From the NCBI GenBank assembly GCA_048941285.1, contig JBHLNS010000011.1, forward strand, positions 9,250-73,249: a stretch of DNA of 64,000 bases, written 5' to 3'. Positions 28,673 to 39,526 of the stretch are shown in pieces. This DNA is from Promethearchaeota archaeon (GTDB lineage Archaea; Asgardarchaeota; Lokiarchaeia; Sigyniarchaeales; SOKP01). The notes beneath the pieces are model-generated. The model was given only the letters and a program-made list of their open reading frames with translations. It was not told the origin of the DNA and did not search any database. A program made the position numbers and the translations under genes. Every line of letters starts with the position of its first letter. Positions within the stretch are counted from its first letter, which is position 1.

Positions 28673-29625
28673 TCAATTTTACCTCCTACATACTTTAAAT
28701 AAACTTCCTCAAGGCTAGGTTTCAGAAGACTAAAACTTCTAATTTTGCACTTTTGTTCCATCAATTTATTTAAAATTCTATTTATTATTAAATCAATATC
28801 AAATTCAGAGTCTAAGTGGATTAATTGTCTATTAGAGTTAGTATTTTCTACAGAAATTATGCCAGATAATTCTTTCAGTCCATCACAAAGAGGAGAATTT
28901 TTAGCTACAACAATTTCTAATATATTACCTAAATGGAAGCTTGTTTGAAGTTCCTCCGGGGTTCCGATTTTCATTATTTGCCCATGGTTCAAAATTCCAA
29001 TTGTATTGGCTATATCTTGAACGTCGCTTAGAATATGTGAAGAAAATAGAATAGTAATCCCACTTTTTGCTAACTTTTTTATAATCTCTTTGAATTGATA
29101 CCTCATTTGTGGGTCTAAACCCGATAATGGCTCATCCATTATTAAAATCTCAGGTTCGTGGAGAAGGGCTTGTCCCAGTCTTAATTTTTGGACCATACCT
29201 CCCGATAAATGAACTATTTTTTTATACCGGAAATCATTTAGCCCTATCGACTTTAAAATTTCTTGAGTTCGACTTTCAAGATAATCTGAATTAAGCCCTG
29301 ATAAGCGTCCAAATGTTTTAAAAGCATGGTCAACTGTACGCCATTCCTGGAAACCTGCTTCTTGAGGGTGATACCCTATAAGTTTATGTAAATCATTATG
29401 ATCTTTTTGAATATTTTTTCCATAAACATAAACTTTTCCACTGAATTCTGTTATGAGTCCAACCAAAATCTTAATAGTTGTTGTCTTTCCAGCACCATTT
29501 GGACCAATATATCCAAAAACTTCTCCTCTATTTATTGTAAAAGAAACATCGTTTAAAGCTAGTAGATCTTTATACTTCTTAGATACATTCTTGAATTCAA
29601 TACAAATTTCCTTTTCCATTATCAA
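28669..29625 (-). CDS. ABC exporter ATP-binding protein
   Basis: GPNGAGKTT, LSGGM, MDEP, SSH. Confidence 0.95.
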   Translation of the reverse strand: MIMEKEICIEFKNVSKKYKDLLALNDVSFTINRGEVFGYIGPNGAGKTTTIKILVGLITEFSGKVYVYGKNIQKDHNDLHKLIGYHPQEAGFQEWRTVDHAFKTFGRLSGLNSDYLESRTQEILKSIGLNDFRYKKIVHLSGGMVQKLRLGQALLHEPEILIMDEPLSGLDPQMRYQFKEIIKKLAKSGITILFSSHILSDVQDIANTIGILNHGQIMKIGTPEELQTSFHLGNILEIVVAKNSPLCDGLKELSGIISVENTNSNRQLIHLDSEFDIDLIINRILNKLMEQKCKIRSFSLLKPSLEEVYLKYVGGKIE

Positions 29626-29740
29626 GCTAAGATTTAATTTTTATTATTAAGCTATCCAAACATTGATCTATTAAAATCTTTATTTATGATATAGAAATCG
29701 TGCAATTGTGAAAATATAATATAAATAATTTATTAATACA

Positions 29741-30892
29741 TTATAATCTTAACCTTGGAGGAGGTACAAAAACGGTTCTTGGTACTTCTAATAACTTTAT
29801 GGCATTTTCTGGACAGAAATATGCACATACTCCACATCCTATGCATAATTCCTTATCAACTTCAGCTTTATTATTATTATCCCCTTGAACTGCGTCTACT
29901 GGACATTTCTCAAGACATGTACCACACCCAATACACTTATTTTTATCAATTTGAGCTAAAAAATTAGTCGAGTTTATCATAGCTATTGTCCCAGTTCGCC
30001 ACAAATTAAAAGTCCCACAACAACATTTACAACAATTACAAATACTTGTTTCTGGTCGTGAAATGTCAGAATGAGGGTGCCAAGCTTTATGAACTAGCCC
30101 ATCCTTCTTCGAAGCCCTAAATATTGAAAGAGCTTCATCTTTTGAAATTATTCTCCCAAAACCTTGTTCAGCAACGAATCTAGCAGATTTTCCAAAAGTA
30201 AAGCAATTTTCTCTAAGATTGGTTTGTTTGCAAGGTTTTGTTAATAAATCTTGATGATGTCTACAAAAACAATGTCCTACAGCAATATCATCAAACCTAT
30301 TAATAATTTCTTCAACTTTTTGTGATATTATTATTTTTTCTTCTGGAACTTCTAATTCTTCATTAACAATAATATTAATTTCCTCACCATCAATATTATT
30401 ATCCAAGAAGGGGATTGTTCGATCCATTGGAGGCATTTTCTGAAATATTGGTAGAATTGTATTATAATTATTCTGGACGAAATCTCCCAATTCATTAAAT
30501 AATTTTTTGAATAATTGCGATATTTCCTCATTTTCTTCATTGAATTCAATTTTTTTCATAAAAGTATACTCAAATGCCCCCACCATAAGTAAAGGCAATA
30601 ATCTGTAAACCATTACACCTTTAGAGTTAGGTTGATTAAATATAAATGCTTTTTTGGCTAAAACCTTAACATGGGTTTTTATCTCAGTTTCAGACATCTT
30701 ACTACTCTTTTTGAGCTGTTCCATAGTTTGAGATGGCTTGTTTTTAAAAGCTAAGATAAAATCTAATTGATCTTCATCAATTAACAGTTTTAATAGTTGG
30801 ATCATAGTATAATTTATAGGAAGTGGAAGAAATCCTGCTTTGATTATTGCTCTTGCTGCCTTTTGATATTTTAAATCTGACATTTTTATCAA
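29741..30892 (-). CDS. Fe-S protein: N-terminal wHTH-like region, Cys-rich middle, C-terminal 2x[4Fe-4S] ferredoxin
   Basis: CFCR, CNCCKCCC, CIGCGTC...CP, CIGCGVC...CP. Confidence 0.88.
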   Translation of the reverse strand: MIKMSDLKYQKAARAIIKAGFLPLPINYTMIQLLKLLIDEDQLDFILAFKNKPSQTMEQLKKSSKMSETEIKTHVKVLAKKAFIFNQPNSKGVMVYRLLPLLMVGAFEYTFMKKIEFNEENEEISQLFKKLFNELGDFVQNNYNTILPIFQKMPPMDRTIPFLDNNIDGEEINIIVNEELEVPEEKIIISQKVEEIINRFDDIAVGHCFCRHHQDLLTKPCKQTNLRENCFTFGKSARFVAEQGFGRIISKDEALSIFRASKKDGLVHKAWHPHSDISRPETSICNCCKCCCGTFNLWRTGTIAMINSTNFLAQIDKNKCIGCGTCLEKCPVDAVQGDNNNKAEVDKELCIGCGVCAYFCPENAIKLLEVPRTVFVPPPRLRL

Positions 30893-31078
30893 AGATAATT
30901 TTAAGTTTTATAATCTTAATAGTTTTTTTCCCTTAAAAAATAAAACCACAAATATTACAGTAATGTAGAAGACTAGTAGATAGATTATATCTCCAATGTT
31001 TTATAAAATGATGGAAATAGCCACATTAAGTTATTTTATAGAAATATTAATTAGCATTTTAATTTGAATATTCGAACA

Positions 31079-31096
31079 TAACATACAATTATGTTA
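31079..31096. promoter_or_regulatory. Perfect inverted repeat TAACATA-N4-TATGTTA just upstream of a TATA-like TTTTTATA
   Basis: Divergent intergenic region between the Fe-S gene and the corrinoid operon. Confidence 0.5.
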
Positions 31097-31160
31097 AGGA
31101 AATCTTTTTATAGATAATAGTTTCCATTATGAAATAATTAAATTATAGGTAAAAATTGCA

Positions 31161-31310
31161 ATGGAAGAATTTAAGAAAAAGCCAGATTATTCTAATCAGG
31201 AAGAAATTAATAAAGCTATAGGACACGTCCTCTGGGGTGATAAAGCTAAGCCCTATTCAATGCGGCGCTTAATTTTTGGATTTATAAAAAAAAAATTGGG
31301 AGGGAAGTAA
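31161..31310 (+). CDS. 49-aa ORF heading the corrinoid operon
   Basis: MEEFKKKPDYSNQEEINKAIGHVLWGDKAKPYSMRRLIFGFIKKKLGGK*; ends 4 nt before the corrinoid ATG; below the ORF-track cutoff. Confidence 0.6.
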   Translation: MEEFKKKPDYSNQEEINKAIGHVLWGDKAKPYSMRRLIFGFIKKKLGGK

Positions 31311-31314
31311 GATT

Positions 31315-31959
31315 ATGGGAAGTAAGGAGGATCTAATGGAAGCCATAATAGATTTAGATGAAGATAAAGCTTATGGATTAGTTCAAAAATTAATAGAAGA
31401 TGGTGTCACACCAAGTGATATTATTGAAATTCTTAGGGAGGGAGTAGAGGTAGTTGGAGATAAATTTAATAGTAAAGAATATTTTTTAACTGAACTAGTT
31501 ATGGCAGGAGAAATATTTTCTCAGTCAGCTGAGATTCTTGAGCCATATATGAAAGAAAACACTGAAACTAAAGGTAATTTAGAAACAATAGTAGTAGGTA
31601 CAGTAAAAGGGGATGTTCATGACATAGGAAAAAATATTTTTATTACTCTTTTAAAATCAGCTGGCTATAATGTTATTGATTTAGGTGTCGATATACCTCC
31701 TAATAAATTCGTCGAAAAGGTAAAAGAAACTGGAGCTAAGGTAGTTGCTTATTCAGGACTATTGACTGTAGCATTAGAATCCATGAATGCAACAACTAAA
31801 GCATTAGAAGTTGCAGGTCTTAGACAAAATTTGAAAATTATAATTGGAGGTCTTCCTGTTGATGAACTTTGGATGAAAGAAGCAGGAGCAGATGCTTTTA
31901 CTGATAATGCTTTTGAAGGTGTGAAGATTGTCAATAATTGGTTAAGAGGTGGAGCATAA
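31315..31959 (+). CDS. Corrinoid (B12-binding) protein, MtaC/MtbC-like
   Basis: Cap domain plus GDVHDIGKN (DxHxxG), SGLLT, IIGG. Confidence 0.95.
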   Translation: MGSKEDLMEAIIDLDEDKAYGLVQKLIEDGVTPSDIIEILREGVEVVGDKFNSKEYFLTELVMAGEIFSQSAEILEPYMKENTETKGNLETIVVGTVKGDVHDIGKNIFITLLKSAGYNVIDLGVDIPPNKFVEKVKETGAKVVAYSGLLTVALESMNATTKALEVAGLRQNLKIIIGGLPVDELWMKEAGADAFTDNAFEGVKIVNNWLRGGA

Positions 31960-31960
31960 A

Positions 31961-33115
31961 ATGAAACCAATAAAGGAGGAGGCTATGACAAGTGTGGATA
32001 GAATGCTTACTGCTATGGACTTAAAAGAGCCAGATAGAGTTCCAGTATGGCCTTTAATTGATTTTGTGCAAACTAAGTATCTTGATCATATAACAGCTGA
32101 GGATATGCTTAATAATCCTGATAAAGCTCAAGAAGCGATGGAATGGATTTACCATAAAATGGGAGGATTTGATATTGCTATGGCAGGAGGGGGAATGTAC
32201 ATGCAATATGTAAATCCCTTTCCTGATATGTTTTCTGTGTACTATTTAGATTGGCAAATGCCTGGTCGTCAATTGGATTCGAATGTACCCCCTCAATTAG
32301 CTGAAAGAGCTTTATCCAATCCATTTCTTAGAGCTGAAGATTATGATAGGATTCTTAAAGAGGGATTTTTTTGGCTCGCTAACTTCAATACTTATAAAAT
32401 GAGTGATATGATGAAACTTGCGAAAATAGCTCCTAAGGTGGTCGAGTATACAATTAAATGGTGGGAACATTTTCAAGTTCCAACATTTAATGATGGAGCA
32501 GGGAGTACTGTTTTTGACTTATTATCGACATTTCGGGGATCAACCAATTTTATGAAAGATATTTATCGGCATAAAGATAAGATTATTGAAATATGTGATA
32601 AGTACACAGATGATTTTATAAAGATGGGTGAATATGGGATTACTCAAAGTCAAGGAAAAACATTATTAGTCGGAGCAGTTCGAGCAAGTGCTGATTTTAT
32701 ATCAATAAAACATTTTGAAGAATTATTTTGGCCCTATTTTAAAAAAACTGTCAGTACTTATATAAAAAAAGGATATATTATTCAATTGCATATGGATACT
32801 AATTGGACGGATCGTTTACATTATTTGCTTGAGTTACCTAAAGGAAAGCTTTACCTTCATATGGATGAAAGAACAGATATATTCAAAGCTAAAGAAATAC
32901 TCGGAGGCCATCTTTGCATCGAAGGAAATCTTAAACCATCGTTGTTTACCATTGGAACGCCAAATATGGTTGAAAAACAAGTAAAGAAAATCATCGATGA
33001 ATGTGCAGATGGTGGTGGTCTTATTGTCGGCTCTGAAATTCCGGATGATGCAAAATTAGAAAATCTTAAAGCCATGTGTGATACATGTAAGTCCTATGGA
33101 ATGTATAGAAAATAA
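31961..33115 (+). CDS. Uroporphyrinogen-decarboxylase-family (MtaA/CmuA-like) methyltransferase; start re-called to the ATG at 31961
   Basis: EPDRVP, FEELFWPY, LHMD, TDIFKAKEILGGHLCIEGN, GGGLIV, AKLEN. Confidence 0.88.
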   Translation: MKPIKEEAMTSVDRMLTAMDLKEPDRVPVWPLIDFVQTKYLDHITAEDMLNNPDKAQEAMEWIYHKMGGFDIAMAGGGMYMQYVNPFPDMFSVYYLDWQMPGRQLDSNVPPQLAERALSNPFLRAEDYDRILKEGFFWLANFNTYKMSDMMKLAKIAPKVVEYTIKWWEHFQVPTFNDGAGSTVFDLLSTFRGSTNFMKDIYRHKDKIIEICDKYTDDFIKMGEYGITQSQGKTLLVGAVRASADFISIKHFEELFWPYFKKTVSTYIKKGYIIQLHMDTNWTDRLHYLLELPKGKLYLHMDERTDIFKAKEILGGHLCIEGNLKPSLFTIGTPNMVEKQVKKIIDECADGGGLIVGSEIPDDAKLENLKAMCDTCKSYGMYRK

Positions 33116-33231
33116 CTCTTTTTTTTTAATTTAATTATACATTAATAAGTATGTTAAAATTGAGTTCCATACAATTTTAAAAGTAAATAACAATTAATTC
33201 TATTTTATACTATAATTATTGAGGGATTTCC

Positions 33232-34551
33232 ATGGTAAATGTATTAATAATTGGACATGGTGCAAGAGAGCACGTAATTGGTGAAACTCTTGTTAAAGGA
33301 GGAGCACAGTTATTCGCATTTATGAGTTTTAAAAACGCTGGTTTAGAAGATTTGAGTAGAGAAATTAAAATTCACTCAGAATCAGATTTCGAAGAAATAA
33401 TTAATTTTGCCCAAGATAAAAAAATTGATTTTGCTGTGATTGGCCCTGAAGCTCCTTTAATTGTTGGAATTGTTGATGCTTTGGAAAAGGGGGCAATCCC
33501 ATGTGTTGGACCCAAAATTGAAGCCGCACAATTAGAGGGTTCAAAGGTATTTGCCAGATATCTATTAGAAAAATATAAGATTAAATCAAACGTCAAAAGT
33601 AAATTTTTTGATTCTATTGATGGACTTGAGAGTTATATTAAAGAAATCGGTGAAGAAAACATTGTTGTAAAACCCGAAGGATTAACGGGAGGCAAAGGGG
33701 TTAAAGTTTATGGAGATCATTTATTCTCAAAAAAAGATATCTTAGATTATTGTCAAGAATTAATACAAAATAAAAGTCGATTTCTAATTGAAGAAAAATG
33801 TGTAGGCGAAGAATTTACTTTACAGACTTTTGTTGATGGGAAATCAGTAATAGGAACACCCATAGTTCAAGACCATAAAAGAGCATACGAAGATGATAAA
33901 GGGCCTAATACTGGAGGAATGGGATCTTACTCCATGGAAAATCATCTTATGCCGTTTATTACTCACAGTGATGTTGATAATGCACTTGAAGATATGAAAA
34001 AAACAGTAGCTGCTGTGAAAGCAGAAACTGGGGAAAAATATAAGGGATTTCTTTATGGTCAATTCATGAAAACTGCAAATGGATTAAAACTAATTGAATA
34101 TAACTCTCGATTTGGCGACCCTGAAGCAATGAACGTTTTACCACTTCTTGAAGGTAATCTTGTAGATATTTGTTGGATGATCATAAATGGGAATTTATCT
34201 CTCAATTTTAAATTTGAAAAAAAAGCTACAGTGTGCAAATACTTAGCTCCAGAGGGATATCCTGTTAATCCCAAAAGAGATGAACAAGTTAAAATAAATA
34301 AAGAAGAGCTTGATAAATCTGGAGCTAAGTATTATTATGCATCAGTTTATCGGGAGGGAGGAAAAATATTCACAACTACTTCAAGAGCAATGGGCATCTT
34401 AGGCATTGCTAATTCTTTAGAACAAGCTGAAAAGATCGCAGAAGCAGGTGTCAATTGTATTGAGGGAAAACTATTTCATAGGAAAGATGTAGGTACTCAG
34501 AAGTTATTACAAAAAAGAATTGATCATATGAATTCTTTATTAAATAAATAA
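33232..34551 (+). CDS. purD: Phosphoribosylamine-glycine ligase
   Basis: IGHGAREH, GPEAPL, LEGSK, QDHKR, GPNTGGMG, EYNSRFGDPE. Confidence 0.97.
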   Translation: MVNVLIIGHGAREHVIGETLVKGGAQLFAFMSFKNAGLEDLSREIKIHSESDFEEIINFAQDKKIDFAVIGPEAPLIVGIVDALEKGAIPCVGPKIEAAQLEGSKVFARYLLEKYKIKSNVKSKFFDSIDGLESYIKEIGEENIVVKPEGLTGGKGVKVYGDHLFSKKDILDYCQELIQNKSRFLIEEKCVGEEFTLQTFVDGKSVIGTPIVQDHKRAYEDDKGPNTGGMGSYSMENHLMPFITHSDVDNALEDMKKTVAAVKAETGEKYKGFLYGQFMKTANGLKLIEYNSRFGDPEAMNVLPLLEGNLVDICWMIINGNLSLNFKFEKKATVCKYLAPEGYPVNPKRDEQVKINKEELDKSGAKYYYASVYREGGKIFTTTSRAMGILGIANSLEQAEKIAEAGVNCIEGKLFHRKDVGTQKLLQKRIDHMNSLLNK

Positions 34552-34650
34552 AGAGAACATATTTTATTTATGATCGCTTGTTATTTTTATAGACTTATAT
34601 TATATAATCAATAAATTCTAATATTGTTTTCATAAAATTTTACTTAAATT

Positions 34651-35127
34651 ATGACTTGGCATGAAAAAAACGCTGAATTTAACGCTTTGATAAAACAACT
34701 CTTCCATGATACTGATTGGCAAAAAAGAGCTGACGCTGCTAGACAACTTGGATTACTAAAAGATGGTAGAGCAACTAATTTAATGTGTAGAGCTCTTAGA
34801 ACAGAAAAAGATCACATTGTTTTGAATAAAATAATTGAGGCTTTAGGAAGAATAGGTGATGGTAGAGCAACTTTAAGAATTATAGAGAAACTTGAAGAAG
34901 AGCAAGAAAAAGATGAAATTGATAAATTTAGAGTGATTTATATAATAGAAAGTCTAATGAATCTTAAAGATAAAAGAGCCTTGTCATATTTAGGCCCATT
35001 ATTAGATTCTTCTGATAATGATATAAAAAATTTAACTTTAAAAGCTTTTGATGTTATAGAACCAAATTGGAAAGAGATAATAGAGAAAGAAAGAACAAAG
35101 TCACTCCAGGAAATCTTTAGAATATAA
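34651..35127 (+). CDS. HEAT (PBS-lyase-like) repeat protein
   Basis: RADAARQLG...DGRA, IIEALGRIGDGRA repeats. Confidence 0.85.
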   Translation: MTWHEKNAEFNALIKQLFHDTDWQKRADAARQLGLLKDGRATNLMCRALRTEKDHIVLNKIIEALGRIGDGRATLRIIEKLEEEQEKDEIDKFRVIYIIESLMNLKDKRALSYLGPLLDSSDNDIKNLTLKAFDVIEPNWKEIIEKERTKSLQEIFRI

Positions 35128-35438
35128 AATAAATCTTCAAATACTTTTAGAGTAGTGATTTTCCTCTATTTTTAAATAATAATGCATTATGAAGTAAATA
35201 ATGTAATAATAAAACCTATCTAACAGCAAAATAAGAATTGTTCAATAAATGAAGGGAATAATTATTACGTAGAAAAATATAATGTATATTCGTTATAGTA
35301 ATTGTCTCGCGCAAATTCTAAATTGATAAAAATTATATTTTTATTCGTCCAATCTTTATATAAGAGAAAGAAAACAGTAGTTCTCTCTATTATTATATAA
35401 TTTTAATCCTAAAGTTTTTGATGAGGTAATAATCAAAA

Positions 35439-38400
35439 ATGACAAGTATGTATGAAAACTATGATAAATTAGGTCACATTTTTTCTGAACATATTGATGA
35501 TCCTATTTTTATCCTTAACGAAAGGTTTCAATGTGAATATTCTAATTCTCAATATTTCCCTATGGAACGAAAAATTGATGAGTTTATACATCCAGAGGAT
35601 CTAAAGCGAATAAATAGATTATTAAGAAATATCTTAAAAGTAGGGTATGGAACAGAAGAAGCTCAAATTAAGTATAAGGGAAATCAATCAAAATGGTTCG
35701 AGTTTAAAGGAAAAAGTTATATAGATGATATTGATAGTCAAAAGAAAATTCTACTTATCTGTAGGGACATCTCGAAATTTAAAAAACTCGAATTTGAAAT
35801 AAAAGAAAGCCAAGCTCGTTTTGGCGAGTTAGCAGATTATGTGCCAGAGATCCAATTTTGGAAACTTCTTCAAACAAGAGAGGGAAAAAGTGTTATGCAG
35901 AAAACTAGAGAAATGTTAGAACTTGTATTAGATAATATTCCTCAACTTATTTATTGGAAAGATACAAATTTGGTCTATATGGGATGTAATAAAAGTTTTG
36001 CACTTTTAAATCAAATTCAGCAACCCACAAGTATAATTGGAAGCAAAGACGAGGATTTAAGTTGGCTTAAAACTAATGTGAAATCTATTCAAGAAAAAGA
36101 GAAGGAAGTTATGAGTAATAATAAAGCAGAATATAATGCTATAGAATCATTAACTACAATTAATGGCAAACAAACTTGGTTTGAGATTAGTAGAATCCCA
36201 TTGCATGATACTAAAGGTAAAGTTGTTGGTATTTTAGTTACTTACGAAGATATTACAATACGTATGTTATCTGAACAAAATTTGAAAGAATCTGAAGAAA
36301 AATATCGTGGAATCCTTGAAAACATCAATGAAAGTTATTTTGAAGTTGATTTAAATGGAAATTTTACTTTTTTTAATGATGCACTCTGTGAATTACAGGG
36401 TTATTCTAGAGAAGAATTACTAGGTGCAAATTATGAGAATTTTGTTGACGAAATCAATAAAAAGAAAATCATCGGAGTCTACAATCAAGTTTTCGAAACA
36501 GGAATACCAAAAACTCATTTCCAATACCAAGTCAAGAGGAAAAATGGAGAAGAAATAACTTGTGAATCTTCAGTTTATCTAAGATATGATTCAGACGGAA
36601 CTCGAATAGGATTTAGGGGATTAGCAAGAAACATAACTGAAAAATTTGCTCTTGAACAAAAGATTAAGGAGTCTGAAGAGAAGTATCGTACCATATTCAA
36701 TTCGAGTCCTGATTATGTATTTATTACTGATATAAAGGGAGATATTTTAGATATGAATTTTGCCCTATTAGAACGATTAGGAATGACATTGGAGGAGGTT
36801 CGTAATAAAAATTTTTCAGAATTTTATGCTGGTGATAAACTTGACGAATTAAGAATGATAGGAGACTCATTAATTGCTGGAAAGGAAATTAAGGGAGTTG
36901 AAATTAAGGCTAAAACAAAATCTGAGGAAATATTTGAATACGAAGTTAATGCGGTTCCTCTAAAAGAACACGGAAAGGTTATTAAAATTTTAAATTTAGC
37001 ACGAGACATAACTTTACGAAAACAAACTGAGCAAAAGTTAAAGGATTCTGAAAAAAGGTATCGCCATTTATTTGAGAGCTCTCCATATGCTATCTGGCTG
37101 ATGGATGAGGAGGGAACCATCGTTGATTGTAATTCAACAATGACAAATTTGCTTTCAGTGTTAGAAATAAAAGATCTTATTGGAAAAAAATTTTCTGAAG
37201 TTTTATCTCTTCTAAAAAGATCTAAATATCTTATATATATGTTAAAAGATCGATTTAAAAGATTCCTTAATGGTGAAAGATTTGGACCTTTAGAATTCCA
37301 AATTACTCGAATGGATGAATCGAAGATATGGCTATCGATTACAAGTTCATTGGTGAAAATTGGAAATAGAACTCTTACTCAGGCGATCATAAGAGATATT
37401 ACTGATAAGAAGAATGCTGAGCAAAAATTAAAAGATTCAGAAATTAAGTATCGTCATTTATTTGAGAGCACACCATATTCAATTATAATCATTGATAGGA
37501 AGGGGAAAATCATTGATTGCAATCCCGCTACTGAAAAATTATTCAATAGAAAAATAGAAAGTTTAATAAACAAAAACTTTTTAGACATTGGCATAAAACC
37601 TGAGAAAGCTGTACCTTTATTTAAACAGAGATATCAAGATATCTTAGAAGGAATAGTCCCAGAACCACTTGAAATCCAAATTACTAAATCTCAAAATGGA
37701 CGATTAATGTGGATTAATATTGACGATTCACTCGTTGAAGTAGGAGGTGAAAATGTTTTTCAGGTTATCATACAGGATGTAACAGAAAAGAAAATCGCCG
37801 AACAGAAACTGAAGAAATCTCAAGAAGAATTAAAAACTTTAAATAGAGAATTAGAACAGAAAGTATTAGAAAGGACTAAAGATTTAATAGAGTCTGAACA
37901 ACAATACAGAACGACAATAAATTCATTAAATGATCCACTTCACGTTGTAGATAGAGAATTGAGAATTATTTTATCAAATTCTGCATTTGATTATTGGCTT
38001 ACCAATTTGGAAATTGATAAAGGTATTGTAGGGAAAACTGTGTTTGAAGCGTTTCCATTCTTACCTAAGGTCGTTTATGATGAATATCAAGAGGTGTTCA
38101 ATAGTGGAACGATGCTCCTAACTGTAGGGAGTTTATTTTTAAATAACAAGGAAGTCTTTACTGAAACTAGAAAAATACCCATTTTTAAAGAAAATAAAGT
38201 TCACCAAGTAATAACAATTATTAGAGATATTACTGAAAGTAAGAAGATGGAAAATCAACTGATAAACTCTGAAAAAAATTTCCGAAATATGATAACTAAT
38301 TTAGATGAAGGATATTATAAAGTTGAGTGGGAAGGTAATATATTGTATCATAATCCAGCATTTAGTAAAATTGGAGGATATAATTCATCTATAAATTTAA

Positions 38401-39386
38401 TAGGCAGGCCACCTCCTTTTTCTTGGAAAAAACCAGAAGATCAAGAGAAGTACCGAGGAGAGTTAATTAAAAATGGAATTATTCGGAATTATATTGTTCC
38501 TGTATTAAAGGAGGATGGAGATGAAATCGTACTTCAAGTAAATGCTCATCTAATAAAAGATGAAAATAGTAATCCAATTGCAATTGAAGGAACTTTTTCT
38601 GATATTACTGAGAAATTCAGATTAGAGCAAGAATTACTCGAGTCTGAAAAAAAATTGAGGCAACAGAATATTGAATTGAAAAAACTTGATAAAGTTAAAA
38701 ATGATTTCATTACAATGGCCGCTCATGAATTAAAAACCCCATTAATATCAATTTCTGGATATACTGATTATATCTTGATGAAACATAGAACTCATTTAAA
38801 TCCAGAAATTACTACTGATTTATTAACTGTTCAGAGGAATGTAAATCGACTTGAGGTCTTAATGGATCAACTATTAGATGTATTAAAAATTGATGAAAAT
38901 GAATTAAAATTACAGAAAGATCAGATAAATGTTAGTAAAATAATAAATGATTGTCTCGATGAATTAAGTTATTTGATCAATGAGAAAAATCTTGAGATAA
39001 TATTGAATATAGCACCTGATATTACTCTAAACGCAGATCCTAATCGTATTTTTACAGTGATTACTAATCTACTTTCAAATGCTATTAAATTTACTCCTGA
39101 TTATGGTTGGATTGAAGTAAACGCTAAGAAAGAGGCTAATCAATATGTTTTTGAGATAAAAGATAACGGGATTGGATTAGTAGGAGATGAATTCGAAAGG
39201 CTGTTTAAAAAATTTGAAAGAATTAAACCGCCCATTATGAATGAACATATCAATATCAAAGACTCTGGGACGGGCTTAGGCCTTTACATTACCAAAGGGA
39301 TTATCAACGCCCATGGAGGCAAAATCTGGGCAAATTCAGAAGGAGAAAATAAAGGATCTACTTTTTCTTTTACATTACCATTATAA
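35439..39386 (+). CDS. Cytoplasmic multi-PAS (about eight PAS/PAC) histidine kinase with no receiver domain
   Basis: Repeated SE..YR...RDIT modules; AAHELKTP H-box, NLLSNAIKF, DNGIG, GTGLGL. Confidence 0.95.
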   Translation: MTSMYENYDKLGHIFSEHIDDPIFILNERFQCEYSNSQYFPMERKIDEFIHPEDLKRINRLLRNILKVGYGTEEAQIKYKGNQSKWFEFKGKSYIDDIDSQKKILLICRDISKFKKLEFEIKESQARFGELADYVPEIQFWKLLQTREGKSVMQKTREMLELVLDNIPQLIYWKDTNLVYMGCNKSFALLNQIQQPTSIIGSKDEDLSWLKTNVKSIQEKEKEVMSNNKAEYNAIESLTTINGKQTWFEISRIPLHDTKGKVVGILVTYEDITIRMLSEQNLKESEEKYRGILENINESYFEVDLNGNFTFFNDALCELQGYSREELLGANYENFVDEINKKKIIGVYNQVFETGIPKTHFQYQVKRKNGEEITCESSVYLRYDSDGTRIGFRGLARNITEKFALEQKIKESEEKYRTIFNSSPDYVFITDIKGDILDMNFALLERLGMTLEEVRNKNFSEFYAGDKLDELRMIGDSLIAGKEIKGVEIKAKTKSEEIFEYEVNAVPLKEHGKVIKILNLARDITLRKQTEQKLKDSEKRYRHLFESSPYAIWLMDEEGTIVDCNSTMTNLLSVLEIKDLIGKKFSEVLSLLKRSKYLIYMLKDRFKRFLNGERFGPLEFQITRMDESKIWLSITSSLVKIGNRTLTQAIIRDITDKKNAEQKLKDSEIKYRHLFESTPYSIIIIDRKGKIIDCNPATEKLFNRKIESLINKNFLDIGIKPEKAVPLFKQRYQDILEGIVPEPLEIQITKSQNGRLMWINIDDSLVEVGGENVFQVIIQDVTEKKIAEQKLKKSQEELKTLNRELEQKVLERTKDLIESEQQYRTTINSLNDPLHVVDRELRIILSNSAFDYWLTNLEIDKGIVGKTVFEAFPFLPKVVYDEYQEVFNSGTMLLTVGSLFLNNKEVFTETRKIPIFKENKVHQVITIIRDITESKKMENQLINSEKNFRNMITNLDEGYYKVEWEGNILYHNPAFSKIGGYNSSINLIGRPPPFSWKKPEDQEKYRGELIKNGIIRNYIVPVLKEDGDEIVLQVNAHLIKDENSNPIAIEGTFSDITEKFRLEQELLESEKKLRQQNIELKKLDKVKNDFITMAAHELKTPLISISGYTDYILMKHRTHLNPEITTDLLTVQRNVNRLEVLMDQLLDVLKIDENELKLQKDQINVSKIINDCLDELSYLINEKNLEIILNIAPDITLNADPNRIFTVITNLLSNAIKFTPDYGWIEVNAKKEANQYVFEIKDNGIGLVGDEFERLFKKFERIKPPIMNEHINIKDSGTGLGLYITKGIINAHGGKIWANSEGENKGSTFSFTLPL

Positions 39387-39526
39387 CTTACATAACTATA
39401 TTACATCAATTAAAATTCTATTATAATTAATTTTTCTTTAAAATTAACAGAAATTTATTTATCTGTTAAATATAATTATCATTCTTTCAGTACTTAAATT
39501 AAAATATAGTTATTTGTTAGAAAACT

